A DNA stretch of 64,000 bases from Thermoplasmatota archaeon (GCA_030828405.1 JAURCP010000002.1:70935-134934), one strand, 5' to 3'. Shown: positions 31,853 through 41,351, counted from the stretch's first letter. Program-made: numbers and translations. Notes: generated by a model from the letters alone, not told the origin.

Positions 31853-32190
31853 TCGTGTGAAATCACAGTATCCTTTCGAAGTCTTGTGGTTGCAATTTGC
31901 TGTCACTTTGTTATTGAATTGGCGCAGAAACACATTTCCTTATTTGAATGTGAAATATCTGCTTACTTGCACCCCTATTATCGGGGTCAAGTCGTTATTG
32001 TGGTTAACCTCCATAACCATGAACTTAGTTCATGGCCGCACTTCCTCGGCACACGCTTGACCTGATAGAAGACCTCATCGCACTAAGTGCTCAATCTCCA
32101 ACGCCAGCCAAACGTAGCAAGTCGCCGACCGGCAAGGGGTATTTCAATCTGCCCTACTAACAAGTAAGGGTATTGGGGCGCAGTACACCG

Positions 32191-32207
32191 ATTATAGAAT
32201 TATAATG
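32191..32207 (-). promoter_or_regulatory. Candidate 16S promoter (tandem TATA-like boxes)
   Basis: The minus strand reads CATTATAATTCTATAAT, just after the T-rich tract that follows secY and about 340 nt upstream of the mature 16S 5' end. Confidence 0.3.
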
Positions 32208-32314
32208 ATGTTTCAAAAATAAAAAAAATACTCGACCAAATGTGATAAAAAATATAATTTTGATTAGTTAAAAACTTATCAAAAAATATTCTAGATAAAT
32301 TATGTTTTTTTAGC

Positions 32315-34237
32315 TCAATCAGCACCGAAGAACTCTCGAAGAACTGGATGCATTTCCATAGCTTGTTCCTTTTGAATCTGCTCATAAGTCCTTAGAATAA
32401 TTCCGACCGCTAGTAGTAAACCAGTACCTGTGGCGTTTCCTACAGTACCAAGAAGATCAGCACCTGCCGCGAGTAAACCTACGAATGCACCTGAGAAAAG
32501 AGTTACAGGTGGAATATATCTCTCTAGGATACGTTCCAATACAACAGGATTTTTTCTAAACCCAGGTATTTGCATTCCCGTCCTTTCAATCTGCTTAGCG
32601 ACATCCTTGGCACCCATATTTGTTGTTTCAATCCAAAACTTAGCGAATACTGTAGAACCAGCAGTCATCACGAAAACATAAACCACTACGTGGACCATTA
32701 GCTGACCCAAACTATGCCCATACGCATCCCCAGTCTGATTCAATAATGGTAAGAACCAATCTCCAACTCCATTTACCATGGAGGAATACCATGCAAATCC
32801 ATCGGAAGGTGTGGTGGCACCAACTTCGTATGATCCGAACCAGTGTGCTCTACTCCAAGCACCGTTACGACCAAGGATAGGGACTGTTGACAATACTGGA
32901 TGGCTCCAAAATAGTAATGTGAACATATTAATATTAGCTAATAGAGCAGCCATTAGAATTACTGGAATGTTACTAGCATAAACAAGACGTATTGGATATT
33001 GACCACGATGACCTCTGACTTTACCATGAGTTAATGGCAATTCCAACTTACTTGATTCCGCGTAAGCAACTACTAGGAAAACAATAATTGAGGAAACCAA
33101 TGCAGCTATAGGATTCGCATGATTCAACAAAATTAATTCGAAACCATTCTCAGATACCAATTGAGAATTTGTAGCTGTTCGTAAGGTATAGAAAATCATA
33201 GGCAATGTCCCCGAAGGTGGGTTCTGGAAAGACAAAGGAGAACCCGCAGTTACTGGTAATGGAGATAATGTTCCAACGAAAGTTGATTGAGCGACTCCTG
33301 CCGCAATAAACAAGGAAATACCACTGCCAATTCCCCACTTGCTGACTAACTCATCGAGTAAGAATACTAAATATGACCCCATGAATAATTGTGCAACAAT
33401 TATCGTATTAGCCCAACCAATCCCGAAATCTAATATCAAAGTCTCTGAAGGATCTAAGAATCCATATACTTGAGGAATTGATTCAATAGGGATCATTATC
33501 AAAACTAATAATTTTTGAATACCTTGGTACAACTGCTTGTCACTAGAGTTTTGTAAATCAAGCTGTATGATTTTTGCTCCCGCGAAAAGTTGCATGATAA
33601 TTGAACCTGTGACGATAGGGCCAATCCCTAGGTGCATGATTGAACCTGATGCACCGGCCATGATCGCTCTGAATGAAGAAAATATATCTAAGGTTGAATC
33701 TGAAAGACCATAAATCATAACATTAGTCATCATGAAGTAAATTATGAGAACAAGAGTTGTAGTCCATAATTTCTGATTGAAACGCACGTGACCTTCTGGT
33801 TTAGTGATACTAGGATAGACATCAACGAACCTACTGAGTCCGTATAAACGACTACTTTCTGAACCCGAGTACAATAAACAAACTAAAGACATGGCAACAG
33901 CAACTCCGAGCAGGGCCACCCCCACCAATAGGAATCCCACAGCAGCAGTGTCAACCCATCCCCAATATGCAAGACCTACAACTGAAATCAACCATATTCC
34001 TGGTTTGAGTATACGACCAAGGTATGGGATATCTTTGATATTGTCCGGTAAATCGGTCATTGCACACCACATTATGTATGCAACATACGGTATGGAAACT
34101 ATGAACATTCTAAGTGCTCTCATTTGTTCATCTGGAGCACCATCTAGCAAATCATCACGTAACCAATAGAATAGCATTCCCCAGTATATACCTGCCATTA
34201 ATGCAGTTCCAATAACGCTAGGTTTTCTGTCTACCAT
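32315..34237 (-). CDS. secY: Preprotein translocase subunit SecY with extra N-terminal 4-TM extension
   Basis: The SecY core is recognisable from about aa 135 (PSITKPEGHVRFNQKLWTT, LGIGPIVTGSIIMQL, GIGSGISLFIAAGV, NIPVILMAALLAN). ATG 34237 is preceded at 5 nt by the SD GGGGTGA. The ORF-track GTG is at 34246. Confidence 0.9.
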   Translation of the reverse strand: MVDRKPSVIGTALMAGIYWGMLFYWLRDDLLDGAPDEQMRALRMFIVSIPYVAYIMWCAMTDLPDNIKDIPYLGRILKPGIWLISVVGLAYWGWVDTAAVGFLLVGVALLGVAVAMSLVCLLYSGSESSRLYGLSRFVDVYPSITKPEGHVRFNQKLWTTTLVLIIYFMMTNVMIYGLSDSTLDIFSSFRAIMAGASGSIMHLGIGPIVTGSIIMQLFAGAKIIQLDLQNSSDKQLYQGIQKLLVLIMIPIESIPQVYGFLDPSETLILDFGIGWANTIIVAQLFMGSYLVFLLDELVSKWGIGSGISLFIAAGVAQSTFVGTLSPLPVTAGSPLSFQNPPSGTLPMIFYTLRTATNSQLVSENGFELILLNHANPIAALVSSIIVFLVVAYAESSKLELPLTHGKVRGHRGQYPIRLVYASNIPVILMAALLANINMFTLLFWSHPVLSTVPILGRNGAWSRAHWFGSYEVGATTPSDGFAWYSSMVNGVGDWFLPLLNQTGDAYGHSLGQLMVHVVVYVFVMTAGSTVFAKFWIETTNMGAKDVAKQIERTGMQIPGFRKNPVVLERILERYIPPVTLFSGAFVGLLAAGADLLGTVGNATGTGLLLAVGIILRTYEQIQKEQAMEMHPVLREFFGAD

Positions 34238-34261
34238 TAGATTCACCCCTTGATATTATGA

Positions 34262-34678
34262 TTATTCTTCTTCCCATTCATCATCGCTACCAGCAAGGTT
34301 GACTGAACCACCCGCAGCTTCTACTTTCTTAACAGCAAGAGAACTTGCTTCATTAACTGTAATGTTGAGTGCCTTGTTTATTTTACCTTTACCAAGTAAT
34401 TTATCAAAACCAAGTTCTGTCAAGTTGATACTCTTGCCATCAGCCATTTCTTCGACTTGCTGAAGATTAATTGAAACATTTATAACTCTCAAACTTGGAT
34501 CTCTATTGAATCCATGCATACCCCAATGCCCTGGCATATACTTAATTCGTGCCATTACACGGTGTTTGTTAATTCCAGCATTACCGCGGCCTCCACGCTT
34601 ACCTGCGCCTCGTCCTGCTTTCTTCCCACGGCCGTGATATCGTGAGCGACCACGGAATTTATTTGTTCTAGATACCAT
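34262..34678 (-). CDS. rpl15: 50S ribosomal protein uL15
   Basis: Gly/Arg-rich N-terminus (GRGKKAGRGAGKRGGRGNAG), operon position between uL30 and secY, SD GAGGTGA upstream. Confidence 0.93.
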   Translation of the reverse strand: MVSRTNKFRGRSRYHGRGKKAGRGAGKRGGRGNAGINKHRVMARIKYMPGHWGMHGFNRDPSLRVINVSINLQQVEEMADGKSINLTELGFDKLLGKGKINKALNITVNEASSLAVKKVEAAGGSVNLAGSDDEWEEE

Positions 34679-34689
34679 ATTTATTCACC

Positions 34690-35160
34690 TCAGAGCATTC
34701 TCCCTGCAAGATCAGAAATCGCTTCACCTCTGAAACCTAGAGCTCCACCAACAGTGTACGATCTCTTGATGCCGCCCCATCCCTTGCTTCCACGTGGTGG
34801 ATGTAATCTAAAAATTGGTTTTAATCCATCAACATCTTTCATAGTTGCTTCACCTGCAGCCATTGCCTTAGAAAAGGCAGCCACTGTTTTATACTTACTA
34901 GATGCTTTGATTGTAGCATCATCTACTGGCTTATCTCCAACCATTCTACCTCTTTCTTTGAGTAGAGTCTCGATAGTTTCAGCATCTACTTCACCCCAAG
35001 TAACATAATCCTTAGATTTCTTCAACATTCCGAGGTAAGTTACAGTCTCAGGAACCAAAGTAGCATGATTCACACGAGTAAGATTAAGCATCATCATTGT
35101 ATCTTTGATTTTCTTAGTGACTCCTCTGTCACTTCTTGCTCTAATTACGAGATAAGTCAT
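34690..35160 (-). CDS. rpl30: 50S ribosomal protein uL30
   Basis: YLVIRARSDRGVTKKIKDTMMMLNL pattern and operon position after uS5. Confidence 0.9.
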   Translation of the reverse strand: MTYLVIRARSDRGVTKKIKDTMMMLNLTRVNHATLVPETVTYLGMLKKSKDYVTWGEVDAETIETLLKERGRMVGDKPVDDATIKASSKYKTVAAFSKAMAAGEATMKDVDGLKPIFRLHPPRGSKGWGGIKRSYTVGGALGFRGEAISDLAGRML

Positions 35161-35921
35161 TGCATTTTCCTCCCTTTGGTGATGTTTAACCTCTCACGGT
35201 CACCATCTGTAATCTTAGTTCTATTCAACTCGACGAGCGCATTGAAAGTGGCTCTTGCAAAATTAATAGTGGTACGAGTTTGCCCCGCAGAACGAGCCCA
35301 TACATCAGTAATACCTGCTAATGTAAGTACACGCCTTCCATAGTCGCCAATAACTAATCCTTTACCTGCTGGAGCAGGCATTAGAGTAATTCTTGTTGAT
35401 CCAGAACGACCTGTGACTTTGAATGGAACTGAATTACCAGGGCCTTCAGAGGATTCCCATGAACCATTACCTCTCATTACTGGAATTAAGTTCAATTTAG
35501 CCTTATCAATAGCCTTACGAATTGTGCTAGAAACTTCCTTTCCTTTGCATACAGCAAGACCAACATATCCGTCACTGTTTCCGACAACACACAATACATT
35601 GAATCTTACACGACGACCGGAATCAGTCATTCTTTGAATCATATTTACTCCAAGTACATCATCTGTCAAATCTGGGAGTAAAGCATCAACTATCTCTACT
35701 TCCCTGATTGGAAAACCTGAATCTATTGCTTGTTCATAAGTTGTGATTTCACCACTCATTACCATATGTCCTAGTCTTGTACGAGGAACCCAACTTCTTA
35801 ATCCGGCAAGCGGATCTGGGCCTCTACGTCCTCTAGTATCGGTAGATTCTGACGGAGGCGCTAGTGCAGCAGCTAAACCAGGGGCTAGTTGAATCACTTC
35901 TGTATTTTCTTCTTCACTCAT
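35157..35921 (-). CDS. rps5: 30S ribosomal protein uS5
   Basis: GRRVRFNVLCVVGNSDGYVGLAVCKGKEV core (dsRBD plus S5 C-domain). Confidence 0.93.
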   Translation of the reverse strand: MSEEENTEVIQLAPGLAAALAPPSESTDTRGRRGPDPLAGLRSWVPRTRLGHMVMSGEITTYEQAIDSGFPIREVEIVDALLPDLTDDVLGVNMIQRMTDSGRRVRFNVLCVVGNSDGYVGLAVCKGKEVSSTIRKAIDKAKLNLIPVMRGNGSWESSEGPGNSVPFKVTGRSGSTRITLMPAPAGKGLVIGDYGRRVLTLAGITDVWARSAGQTRTTINFARATFNALVELNRTKITDGDRERLNITKGRKMQ

Positions 35922-35922
35922 A

Positions 35923-36432
35923 TTATGCCTCCTCTATAGCTTTAATTGATTTCTTAACTTTATCACCCATGGATGCATCAATATGCATTCCATTAATTCG
36001 ATCATCATCAGGTAATACATCTTCCCCGTGAGGAATTTCTAATCCTGCATCCACCATTCCTTTTAATGCTGCAAACACTCTACTGCCCTTTGATGAGGCA
36101 GACAATCCAATATCAAGTATAGCACTATCATGACCTGAGGACATAGCACTCTTTGCTAGCGCATATCCTGCAAGATAACTCGCTGGCACTGATTTTCTTG
36201 AAATATCATCTGGCCATGAGTATTTGTCTACCAAGGTTTTACCACTTACTGATGCTAGAACAATGTCTCCATCGGGATTAAATTCTATTAATTGACAAGT
36301 AGTTTGAGTATTCGATACTCTAACAACCGCTCTTGGAGTTTCGCCTCTAAGAAGTTTCATCCTTCTTCGATAATCTGTCTCTCCTTCTCGACGTCTTTTG
36401 AATCTTAATCTCTGATTCTTACCCTGTGCCAT
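35923..36432 (-). CDS. rpl18: 50S ribosomal protein uL18
   Basis: RLRFKRRREGETDYRRR N-terminus and operon position. Confidence 0.92.
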   Translation of the reverse strand: MAQGKNQRLRFKRRREGETDYRRRMKLLRGETPRAVVRVSNTQTTCQLIEFNPDGDIVLASVSGKTLVDKYSWPDDISRKSVPASYLAGYALAKSAMSSGHDSAILDIGLSASSKGSRVFAALKGMVDAGLEIPHGEDVLPDDDRINGMHIDASMGDKVKKSIKAIEEA

Positions 36433-36908
36433 TATTCATCGCCTCCCATTTTTATGCCATCCAAACCCATGTTGGTACGCATATGAGCAACAGAACGGTA
36501 TGTACCACCCTTTGCTTTTCGATAGTAATACCTGTATTCGCTAGGTGTCAAGGTTTCATCACTTCTCATTTCTTTGAGAACTCTACGTTGTGCACGAATT
36601 AAACGCATCCATCGATTTTTCTTTGGATCTCTGGAGTTTCTAGTTCCTTTCCTTGAACCAGGTCCTTTTCTACGACCTTTTGCTTTTTGTGCAGCAACAT
36701 TTCTTGCTCTACCACGGCTAGTTCCCTTGATTGGTCTAGCTTTAATTAAACCCTCATCAATTAATTGACGAATGTCTGCCTTTTGTACAGCAGTGCTAAC
36801 TTCATCAAGATAGTCAGGATTAATCCAAACACGGTGAACGCCCACTTCTCTTCCTTCCTTCTTAGAAAGTATCTGAGCAGCCATTCTTTTCTGATTAGAA
36901 ATAATCAT
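36432..36908 (-). CDS. rpl19e: 50S ribosomal protein eL19
   Basis: NQKRMAAQILSK..VWINPD..IKARPIKGTSRGRAR pattern. Confidence 0.92.
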   Translation of the reverse strand: MIISNQKRMAAQILSKKEGREVGVHRVWINPDYLDEVSTAVQKADIRQLIDEGLIKARPIKGTSRGRARNVAAQKAKGRRKGPGSRKGTRNSRDPKKNRWMRLIRAQRRVLKEMRSDETLTPSEYRYYYRKAKGGTYRSVAHMRTNMGLDGIKMGGDE

Positions 36909-37570
36909 TGAATATCACCTTTCCTAGTTATCTTACGACGATTGAGGACACGTAGCCCCAAATCATCTGCACGATCATGTATCTTAGATCTCTTTCTATT
37001 TCCTACACTTGCACTTACACGGATTGCTTGACGCTCTGGATCTAGACCATCTAAGTCACTTGGCTGATTAACAAGGACATCCTCGAAACCTGATGGGTGA
37101 AGACCTCTAACTGCAGAAATTTTACCATATCCTACTCTTGCCATTGGAGTACGGTATTTCATGTTCAATCTCTGTTTAGACTGCATACCTTTTGGTTTCC
37201 TCCAACCAGTTCTTGAAAGGCGATAATACCTGTACCACTCTTGACGACGGAATTTAGGCTGTTTTTTCATTTGAGCAGCTCTCGTTGCAAGATTTGCTTT
37301 TGTTTCTTCATCTAAAACGGGTTTCTGACGAGCCGTATGAATCTGGTCCCATTCGTCTTCATCAAAGAAATCCTCTTCTTCATCAAATATTTCCTCTTCA
37401 TCAAATGTTTCTTCTTCATCTTCTTCTGCTAAAATTTCCACAGGAGATTCTTCATTAGTTTCATTCTGGCTAAGTCTTTCGATTAGTGCGCTTTTATTTC
37501 CAGAAACGGGTAAGTTTGCTTCCCTTAGTAATTCCTTCAATTGCGCAACAGTCATGTTTTCATATTCCAT
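36905..37570 (-). CDS. rpl32e: 50S ribosomal protein eL32 with N-terminal SAP-like motif and acidic linker
   Basis: C-terminal eL32 core (KFRRQEWYRYYRLSRTGWRKPKGMQSKQR..RGLHPSGF). The N-terminal 35 aa match the SAP pattern. SD GGAGGT lies 6 nt before the ATG. Confidence 0.9.
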   Translation of the reverse strand: MEYENMTVAQLKELLREANLPVSGNKSALIERLSQNETNEESPVEILAEEDEEETFDEEEIFDEEEDFFDEDEWDQIHTARQKPVLDEETKANLATRAAQMKKQPKFRRQEWYRYYRLSRTGWRKPKGMQSKQRLNMKYRTPMARVGYGKISAVRGLHPSGFEDVLVNQPSDLDGLDPERQAIRVSASVGNRKRSKIHDRADDLGLRVLNRRKITRKGDIQ

Positions 37571-37582
37571 ACTATTACCTCC

Positions 37583-38134
37583 TTATACTCCCTTTGAAAC
37601 TATGTATATACCATCTTGGAATACACGTCGATCTCTCTTTTTTACCGCACAAGATCTCTCAATATTTGCTGCGGTTTGACCTACTTTTTCACGGTCTGAA
37701 CCTTTTACTAAGATATCGGTCTTGTTTTCAACTCTTACTTCTACTTCTCCAGGAGACCAAGGTAATTTTGCTACACGAGGAACTTTTTCTCCGAAAAGAT
37801 TAGTTACAGTTAATTTGTTACCTTGAACCTTAATAGTCATTGGAAAGTGAGAATACACTGCTTGCAAACGATATTCGAAACCGCTATCGACTCCTTTTAC
37901 CATGTTATTCAAGTGAGCATTCCATGTACCTGCCAATGCTCTCTCCGAACGCCTTGGAAGATTACAAAATACTTCTAGACCATCATCGACCTGTTTTACT
38001 TCTAGTCTCGGATGACGGAACTCTCTAGAAACAGAGTTTCCTTCTTTGGCGATTGTCACATTATCGCCATCTAATGATGCACTAACACCATCTGGTAATA
38101 CAATATGATGTGCTATTTTATCTAATTTCACCAT
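37583..38134 (-). CDS. rpl6: 50S ribosomal protein uL6
   Basis: Two-repeat uL6 pattern (VTIAKEGNSVSREF.., YSHFPMTIKVQGNKLTVTNLFGEK) and operon position. Confidence 0.92.
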   Translation of the reverse strand: MVKLDKIAHHIVLPDGVSASLDGDNVTIAKEGNSVSREFRHPRLEVKQVDDGLEVFCNLPRRSERALAGTWNAHLNNMVKGVDSGFEYRLQAVYSHFPMTIKVQGNKLTVTNLFGEKVPRVAKLPWSPGEVEVRVENKTDILVKGSDREKVGQTAANIERSCAVKKRDRRVFQDGIYIVSKGV

Positions 38135-38145
38135 AAATCTCCCCC

Positions 38146-38535
38146 CTAGAATATGTACGCGAGCAAACGCCCGCCTATTCTCTCCTTCTTTGCTTCATAG
38201 TGGTTCATCACACCTTGATTAGTTGACATAATTAGAAGTCCGAAATCTTGTGCAGGAAGATATCTAGACTCCCATTTCTCATATTCAGCTCTTTGTACTG
38301 AGTATCGAGGTTTGATAATACCACAGCGATTAATAGCACCGACTAATTCAATTCTATATCCTCCTCCACGGCCATCATCTAATGACTCATATTCTCCTAC
38401 ATATCCGGATTTCTGCATAATTGATAGCATACTTCCTAATAATTTACTTGCTGGCCTTACTGTCACTTCATAGTGACCTGCACTCTCCGCATTGAAAATA
38501 CGGGTAAATGCGTCATTTAATGGATCAAATTGCAT
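38146..38535 (-). CDS. rps8: 30S ribosomal protein uS8
   Basis: DPLNDAFTRIFNAE N-terminus and operon position. Confidence 0.92.
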   Translation of the reverse strand: MQFDPLNDAFTRIFNAESAGHYEVTVRPASKLLGSMLSIMQKSGYVGEYESLDDGRGGGYRIELVGAINRCGIIKPRYSVQRAEYEKWESRYLPAQDFGLLIMSTNQGVMNHYEAKKERIGGRLLAYIF

Positions 38536-38547
38536 CTTCTTCTCACC

Positions 38548-38700
38548 TCAACTATTTTTCTTAAATCCTATACTCGGAGCTACATCTCTAAAGCATTGAC
38601 GACACAACCTAAGTCCGTGTCTACGAATCATACCACGACTACGACCACATCTTCTACAGCCATTTGTCCTACCAATCTCTTCTCCGTGATCTCTTGCCAT
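38548..38700 (-). CDS. rps14: 30S ribosomal protein uS14 (zinc-ribbon type, 50 aa)
   Basis: Not in the ORF track (below 60 aa). My translation: [50 protein letters not shown], with CxxC..CxxC. It sits between uL5 and uS8. Confidence 0.9.
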   Translation of the reverse strand: MARDHGEEIGRTNGCRRCGRSRGMIRRHGLRLCRQCFRDVAPSIGFKKNS

Positions 38701-38703
38701 ACT

Positions 38704-39228
38704 TCACTCCTCCACTATTGTAATTCCAAAATTATCTACAAACCATTGCTTACATTCATCGCGGATTACTCGATGATTTCTAGCAACTTTTGTATTACGG
38801 CGACGACGTCGTGAAACACGGTGTCCTGGGCGCTCCAATACAATATTGATATCCATGCCAAATATACCGATATCTGGGTCATATTTTTGATTCGGGAAAT
38901 CTGTGTAATCAGAAATACCAAATGAGAGGTTTCCTGATTGATCGAAGTTATACCCTGGTAAAGTGTTTTGACGTACCCAGAACGCGTCTTTCAGGAAAGA
39001 TGCCACAGTATCTGAATCTCGCATCGTAACCTTACATCCTATTGGCCCACCTACACGAGTTCCTAAGTCTCTATTAGTTGATTTCGAAAGAGTTCTGACT
39101 GGTTTTTGACCAGTCATAAGTTCTAGAACTTGCTCGGCTAACTGAAGTCTCTGTCCACCTTCACCTACTCCGATATTGATTGTAACTTTAGTGATTCTCG
39201 GTTCGAACATTGCACTAGATTCACTCAT
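38704..39228 (-). CDS. rpl5: 50S ribosomal protein uL5
   Basis: RITKVTINIGVGEGG..LTGQKPV pattern. Confidence 0.93.
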   Translation of the reverse strand: MSESSAMFEPRITKVTINIGVGEGGQRLQLAEQVLELMTGQKPVRTLSKSTNRDLGTRVGGPIGCKVTMRDSDTVASFLKDAFWVRQNTLPGYNFDQSGNLSFGISDYTDFPNQKYDPDIGIFGMDINIVLERPGHRVSRRRRRNTKVARNHRVIRDECKQWFVDNFGITIVEE

Positions 39229-39923
39229 TCATTCACCTCCAGAGGTATATCCTTTTTGTCACCAATGACGAATACATAATCCGCTATAGTTCCAAAATCA
39301 TCGAAAGAAACTTCATTATCCTTCGAGGATCTTTTAATTTCATGTGAACGGACTGTTGCTGTCTCTCCTATGTGGGACCCACCGGTTAAGTATGAAAGCG
39401 CTCCCTCTTCGAACTTATGATGAGAAATAATCTCTTGTTCAGGTAGTGAAATAACAACGCTGTCACCTGATTTATATTCGGGATTTGAATCGAAGATAAT
39501 ATTCCTTCCATCATGAAGATGTAATTGTGTTTTACCTCCAGAAATAGTAGTTTTACCCATAACTCGGCAAGTTTTAGATGAAGCTTCTTTAGAACTAATT
39601 GGTCTGTATCTTAATTTGCCGTTCATGTCTAAGATACAACGATAATTATTTTCTCCAACAGTTAATACATCCATCAATCCAACACCTCGGCCGATAGCTG
39701 TTTCAATTCTGCCATCCACCATTATTTTCCTAGAATGAAGAATTTTCTTTGCCTCTCTACGGTTGTGAGCTACCCCAATAACGTCACGTAGAATGATACC
39801 CATAGGCATACAATTCTCAATACTATGGCCGCAAGGGTCAGGTTTTTGCACCCAAACTGTAGTTTTTCTTGGCAATGGCCAACTTCTTGGCATCATTAAA
39901 CGCTTAATATGGCTACTACTCAT
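39225..39923 (-). CDS. rps4e: 30S ribosomal protein eS4
   Basis: HIKRLMMPRSWPLPRK N-terminus, S4-like and KOW segments. Confidence 0.93.
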   Translation of the reverse strand: MSSSHIKRLMMPRSWPLPRKTTVWVQKPDPCGHSIENCMPMGIILRDVIGVAHNRREAKKILHSRKIMVDGRIETAIGRGVGLMDVLTVGENNYRCILDMNGKLRYRPISSKEASSKTCRVMGKTTISGGKTQLHLHDGRNIIFDSNPEYKSGDSVVISLPEQEIISHHKFEEGALSYLTGGSHIGETATVRSHEIKRSSKDNEVSFDDFGTIADYVFVIGDKKDIPLEVNE

Positions 39924-40351
39924 TCTTGCACACCTCCTCTTTCAATCAATTGCTTGATTCTTACGGGATCTCCTTCATACAGAGCAGTTACAACCAGATT
40001 TGAAGGATGAATTGGAATGGCCTCTTCTTTGCCATCAGCAGTAGTAATTGTAAGCCCATCTACAAAAATACGTCCACTTGAAGTATCAACTCGATTAACT
40101 TTTGATTTCAATCCAGCACGACCTCTAGACTGACCTAATCTCTTACCTTTAGAGTCTGATTTTGTACTGTTTGGGTTTCCAAAATCGCCTCTTAGAATCT
40201 CTACCTCATCCCCTACACGGACTGTAACAGTTCGTATATTCTGAAGGTTAGGGTCGTTTGTGATCAAACGTGCCCTCATTCTCTTACGCTTAACGTGGAT
40301 TGGAGCCTTACTTTGTGAAAGACGATTTTTACCTGGATTCTTTGTTGCCAT
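39920..40351 (-). CDS. rpl24: 50S ribosomal protein uL24
   Basis: KOW motif VRVGDEVEILRGDF and operon position. Confidence 0.9.
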   Translation of the reverse strand: MATKNPGKNRLSQSKAPIHVKRKRMRARLITNDPNLQNIRTVTVRVGDEVEILRGDFGNPNSTKSDSKGKRLGQSRGRAGLKSKVNRVDTSSGRIFVDGLTITTADGKEEAIPIHPSNLVVTALYEGDPVRIKQLIERGGVQE

Positions 40352-40361
40352 TCATTTCACC

Positions 40362-40760
40362 TCATACAATTTGTTTTGCTGTAGCGGCTATTCTTGGCCA
40401 TCTCTCAGCTGCTTCTCTACTAACTGGACCTTTGATGTCAGATCCCTGAACATCTCCACGTTCATTAGTTAAAACACAGGCATTATCTTCAAATCTAGCC
40501 CATGTCCCATCTACTCTACGGAATGGTCTAGATTGACGGATAATCACTGCAGTGAATATTTGTCTTCTTGTTTCAGGAGTACCTCTTCTAACAGTTACAC
40601 GTATCATATCGCCAACACCTGCAGCAGGATATCGTCCTGCAACTCCTCCTTTCTTTAGGACGTTAATTAGTTGTACAACTTTTGCCCCAGTGTTATCTGC
40701 ACAATCTAATTTAGCTTGTGTAGGCAGAGCCTTAGTTACTTTACTTGAAATGCCCTTCAT
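40362..40760 (-). CDS. rpl14: 50S ribosomal protein uL14
   Basis: LDCADNTGAKVVQLI..GDMIRVTV pattern. Confidence 0.95.
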   Translation of the reverse strand: MKGISSKVTKALPTQAKLDCADNTGAKVVQLINVLKKGGVAGRYPAAGVGDMIRVTVRRGTPETRRQIFTAVIIRQSRPFRRVDGTWARFEDNACVLTNERGDVQGSDIKGPVSREAAERWPRIAATAKQIV

Positions 40761-41089
40761 TTCTGATCACCCTTTTCAATAACACAGAACTTAACCGTTT
40801 TTGAGAGTGGTCTACATTCCATGATTCTTACGAAATCACCAGGGTTTACATCCCCTATACATGAAGGTAGATGCGCAGGATATCTGCGTGTACGCTTCTC
40901 ATATCTTTCGTATTTCTTCATGTAACGAGTGATTTCTCTTTCGACAACTATTGAACCAGACATATTGTTTGAATAAACTGTACCTTCAATAATTTGACCA
41001 CGAACCCTCAGGCTACCATTAAACGGACAGTTATCATCACCATCCCATTCACCTTCCGGCGTCTTTACATCTACTCCAATATCGCGCAT
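40757..41089 (-). CDS. rps17: 30S ribosomal protein uS17
   Basis: GTVYSNNMSGSIVVERE..YEKR..AHLPSCI..GDFVRIMECRPLSKT pattern. Confidence 0.93.
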   Translation of the reverse strand: MRDIGVDVKTPEGEWDGDDNCPFNGSLRVRGQIIEGTVYSNNMSGSIVVEREITRYMKKYERYEKRTRRYPAHLPSCIGDVNPGDFVRIMECRPLSKTVKFCVIEKGDQK

Positions 41090-41090
41090 T

Positions 41091-41351
41091 TTAGTTCCTC
41101 CTATATTTACGGTTAATTCGGTCTTCTGGCCTTTGGGTTACCGTAAAACCTTCAATGACCGTGTTCTCTAAATCGAGTGTGAAATTAATGACATCTTTTG
41201 CTAAAATTTTCATCCCATTGGATGTTTGTACTACAATAGTACGACGAGTTTCATCTACAACTTGCCCATTAATCCCTACCAAAGTAGGATCATTGGACTC
41301 TTTGACATGAATATTTCTTGATAAGAATGGCATATGGATTGAATCAGTCAT
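41091..41351 (-). CDS. rnp1: RNase P protein component 1 (Rpp29/Pop4)
   Basis: LVGINGQVVDETRRTIVV..G.K.L.K Sm-like pattern. Conserved position between SUI1 and uS17 in archaeal operons. Confidence 0.8.
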   Translation of the reverse strand: MTDSIHMPFLSRNIHVKESNDPTLVGINGQVVDETRRTIVVQTSNGMKILAKDVINFTLDLENTVIEGFTVTQRPEDRINRKYRRN

